64,000 nt of DNA from IMG/VR virus record IMGVR_UViG_3300002448_000161; one strand, given 5' to 3'. Shown here one piece after another: positions 63,283 to 64,000 of the stretch. How positions within the stretch are numbered: position 1 is the stretch's first letter; every line of letters starts with the position of its first letter. Under the pieces are notes generated by a model, which worked only from the letters and a program-made list of their open reading frames with translations, did not search any database and was not told the origin of the DNA. The DNA is from a virus. The position numbers and the translations under genes were made by a program.

Positions 63283-64000
63283 TTACCCCCGGTTGAACTG
63301 GTTTTCGAGCTGTTCCGACCTCTGCCTGAAGAGGTCCAGCTCGGTATGGAGCGTGGATATGGCGGCCGGTATTTGGTGAAATTCCTGGTACAGCGTGGCG
63401 AAGTCTGCGGAAAGCGTCTGCTTGGTGATTTCCAGGTTGAGCTGGCGCAGCTCCAGCATGATGATGTTTGACTGGCCCAGTATGTCGTGGGCCTGGACTT
63501 GCCATTCGGTATAGAGCTCGCGCTCTTCCTGGTCTTTGGCCTGGTAATGGGCTTTTCGCGTTGCGTTGGGCATCCTGCTCGTCAGGTCGGTCTGCGTCCT
63601 GAAGTATTCGCCCGCCCTGCGGTCCGCCTGTTCTAGGCGCCAGCGGAAGCGTCTGTGTTGCGCTGTGGCCTCCTGGTACCTGGCGGTCCATTCGTTGTAA
63701 AAGGTTTCGACCGCGGCTGCGTATTCGCTGTCCTGGGCCTCCAGGTTGGCTCTCTGCTCTCGGCTTGTTCTCACTGCCTCCAGCGCGGCTTGGTCAGCGG
63801 GGTTTGTGTTAGTCTCATAGGGCGCTGGTGGCGGTGTGCTTTCTTCTACCGGAATCTCGCTGTCTGTGTAGGTACCTGGCGGTGGCGGTTCCCCTGGTGG
63901 TGACTCGTCAACCTCGGGCTGGTCTGGTTCCGGGTTAGCGGCCGCCGGGCTTTGGAGCCCTGGGGGAGCGGGAGGCATTATGTTGGTGTAGGTCCGGTCA
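63283..64000 (-). CDS. Pro-rich/coiled-coil protein, probably truncated by the window end
   Basis: The frame stays open upstream of track ATG 63978 to the window edge. Confidence 0.55.
   Translation of the reverse strand, partial: DRTYTNIMPPAPPGLQSPAAANPEPDQPEVDESPPGEPPPPGTYTDSEIPVEESTPPPAPYETNTNPADQAALEAVRTSREQRANLEAQDSEYAAAVETFYNEWTARYQEATAQHRRFRWRLEQADRRAGEYFRTQTDLTSRMPNATRKAHYQAKDQEERELYTEWQVQAHDILGQSNIIMLELRQLNLEITKQTLSADFATLYQEFHQIPAAISTLHTELDLFRQRSEQLENQFNRG

Larger units (their letters stand above)
1..64000. mobile_element. Segment of a large conjugative plasmid/ICE with phage-like DNA metabolism genes
   Basis: Contains VirB4, VirB6-like, PrgI-like and pilin genes, ParA+RHH, ArdC, a methyltransferase-SNF2 pair and a PRTRC cassette. 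No ribosomal or housekeeping operons, no virion genes and no element boundaries are visible. Confidence 0.8.

Noticed and set aside
1-64000. Prophage or jumbo phage interpretation
   Set aside because: No terminase, portal, capsid, tail or lysis genes were seen, whereas conjugation genes are clear. It cannot be excluded outside the window.

Overview
The window reads as part of a large conjugative element (megaplasmid or ICE), probably from a Chloroflexota host of the Dehalococcoidia/SAR202 type. The host call is an inference from the NrdJ and ThyX types, the many lipoproteins with PTPxPT linkers, and the lack of a visible cell-wall hydrolase. The minus strand carries a phage-like DNA metabolism kit: dcd, tandem-domain thyX, intein-containing nrdJ, tmk, UDG, a radical-SAM repair protein, two Cas4-like nucleases, a PriCT-2/Toprim primase, UvrD, SNF2 and MrfA-like helicases, an N6-adenine methyltransferase, ArdC and its own sliding clamp (dnaN). 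Directly downstream of dnaN lies a PRTRC-type ubiquitin-like cassette (Ubl, E2, JAB, E1), followed by a macrodomain. The plus strand carries a ParA/RHH partition pair and a divergent Gram-positive-like T4SS region (VirB2-like pilins, a 2159-aa VirB6-like protein, a PrgI-like protein, VirB4 and lipoproteins). No capsid, terminase, integrase, relaxase, rRNA, tRNA or CRISPR array was recognised. Most interesting: (1) the clamp-linked ubiquitin-like system; (2) an unrecognised 4-Cys domain present in four copies on pilins and a T4SS lipoprotein; (3) an in-frame UGA followed by a SECIS-like hairpin in a Cys-rich secreted protein; (4) a T>>A strand skew that ignores gene orientation. All product calls come from motif reading, not database searches.
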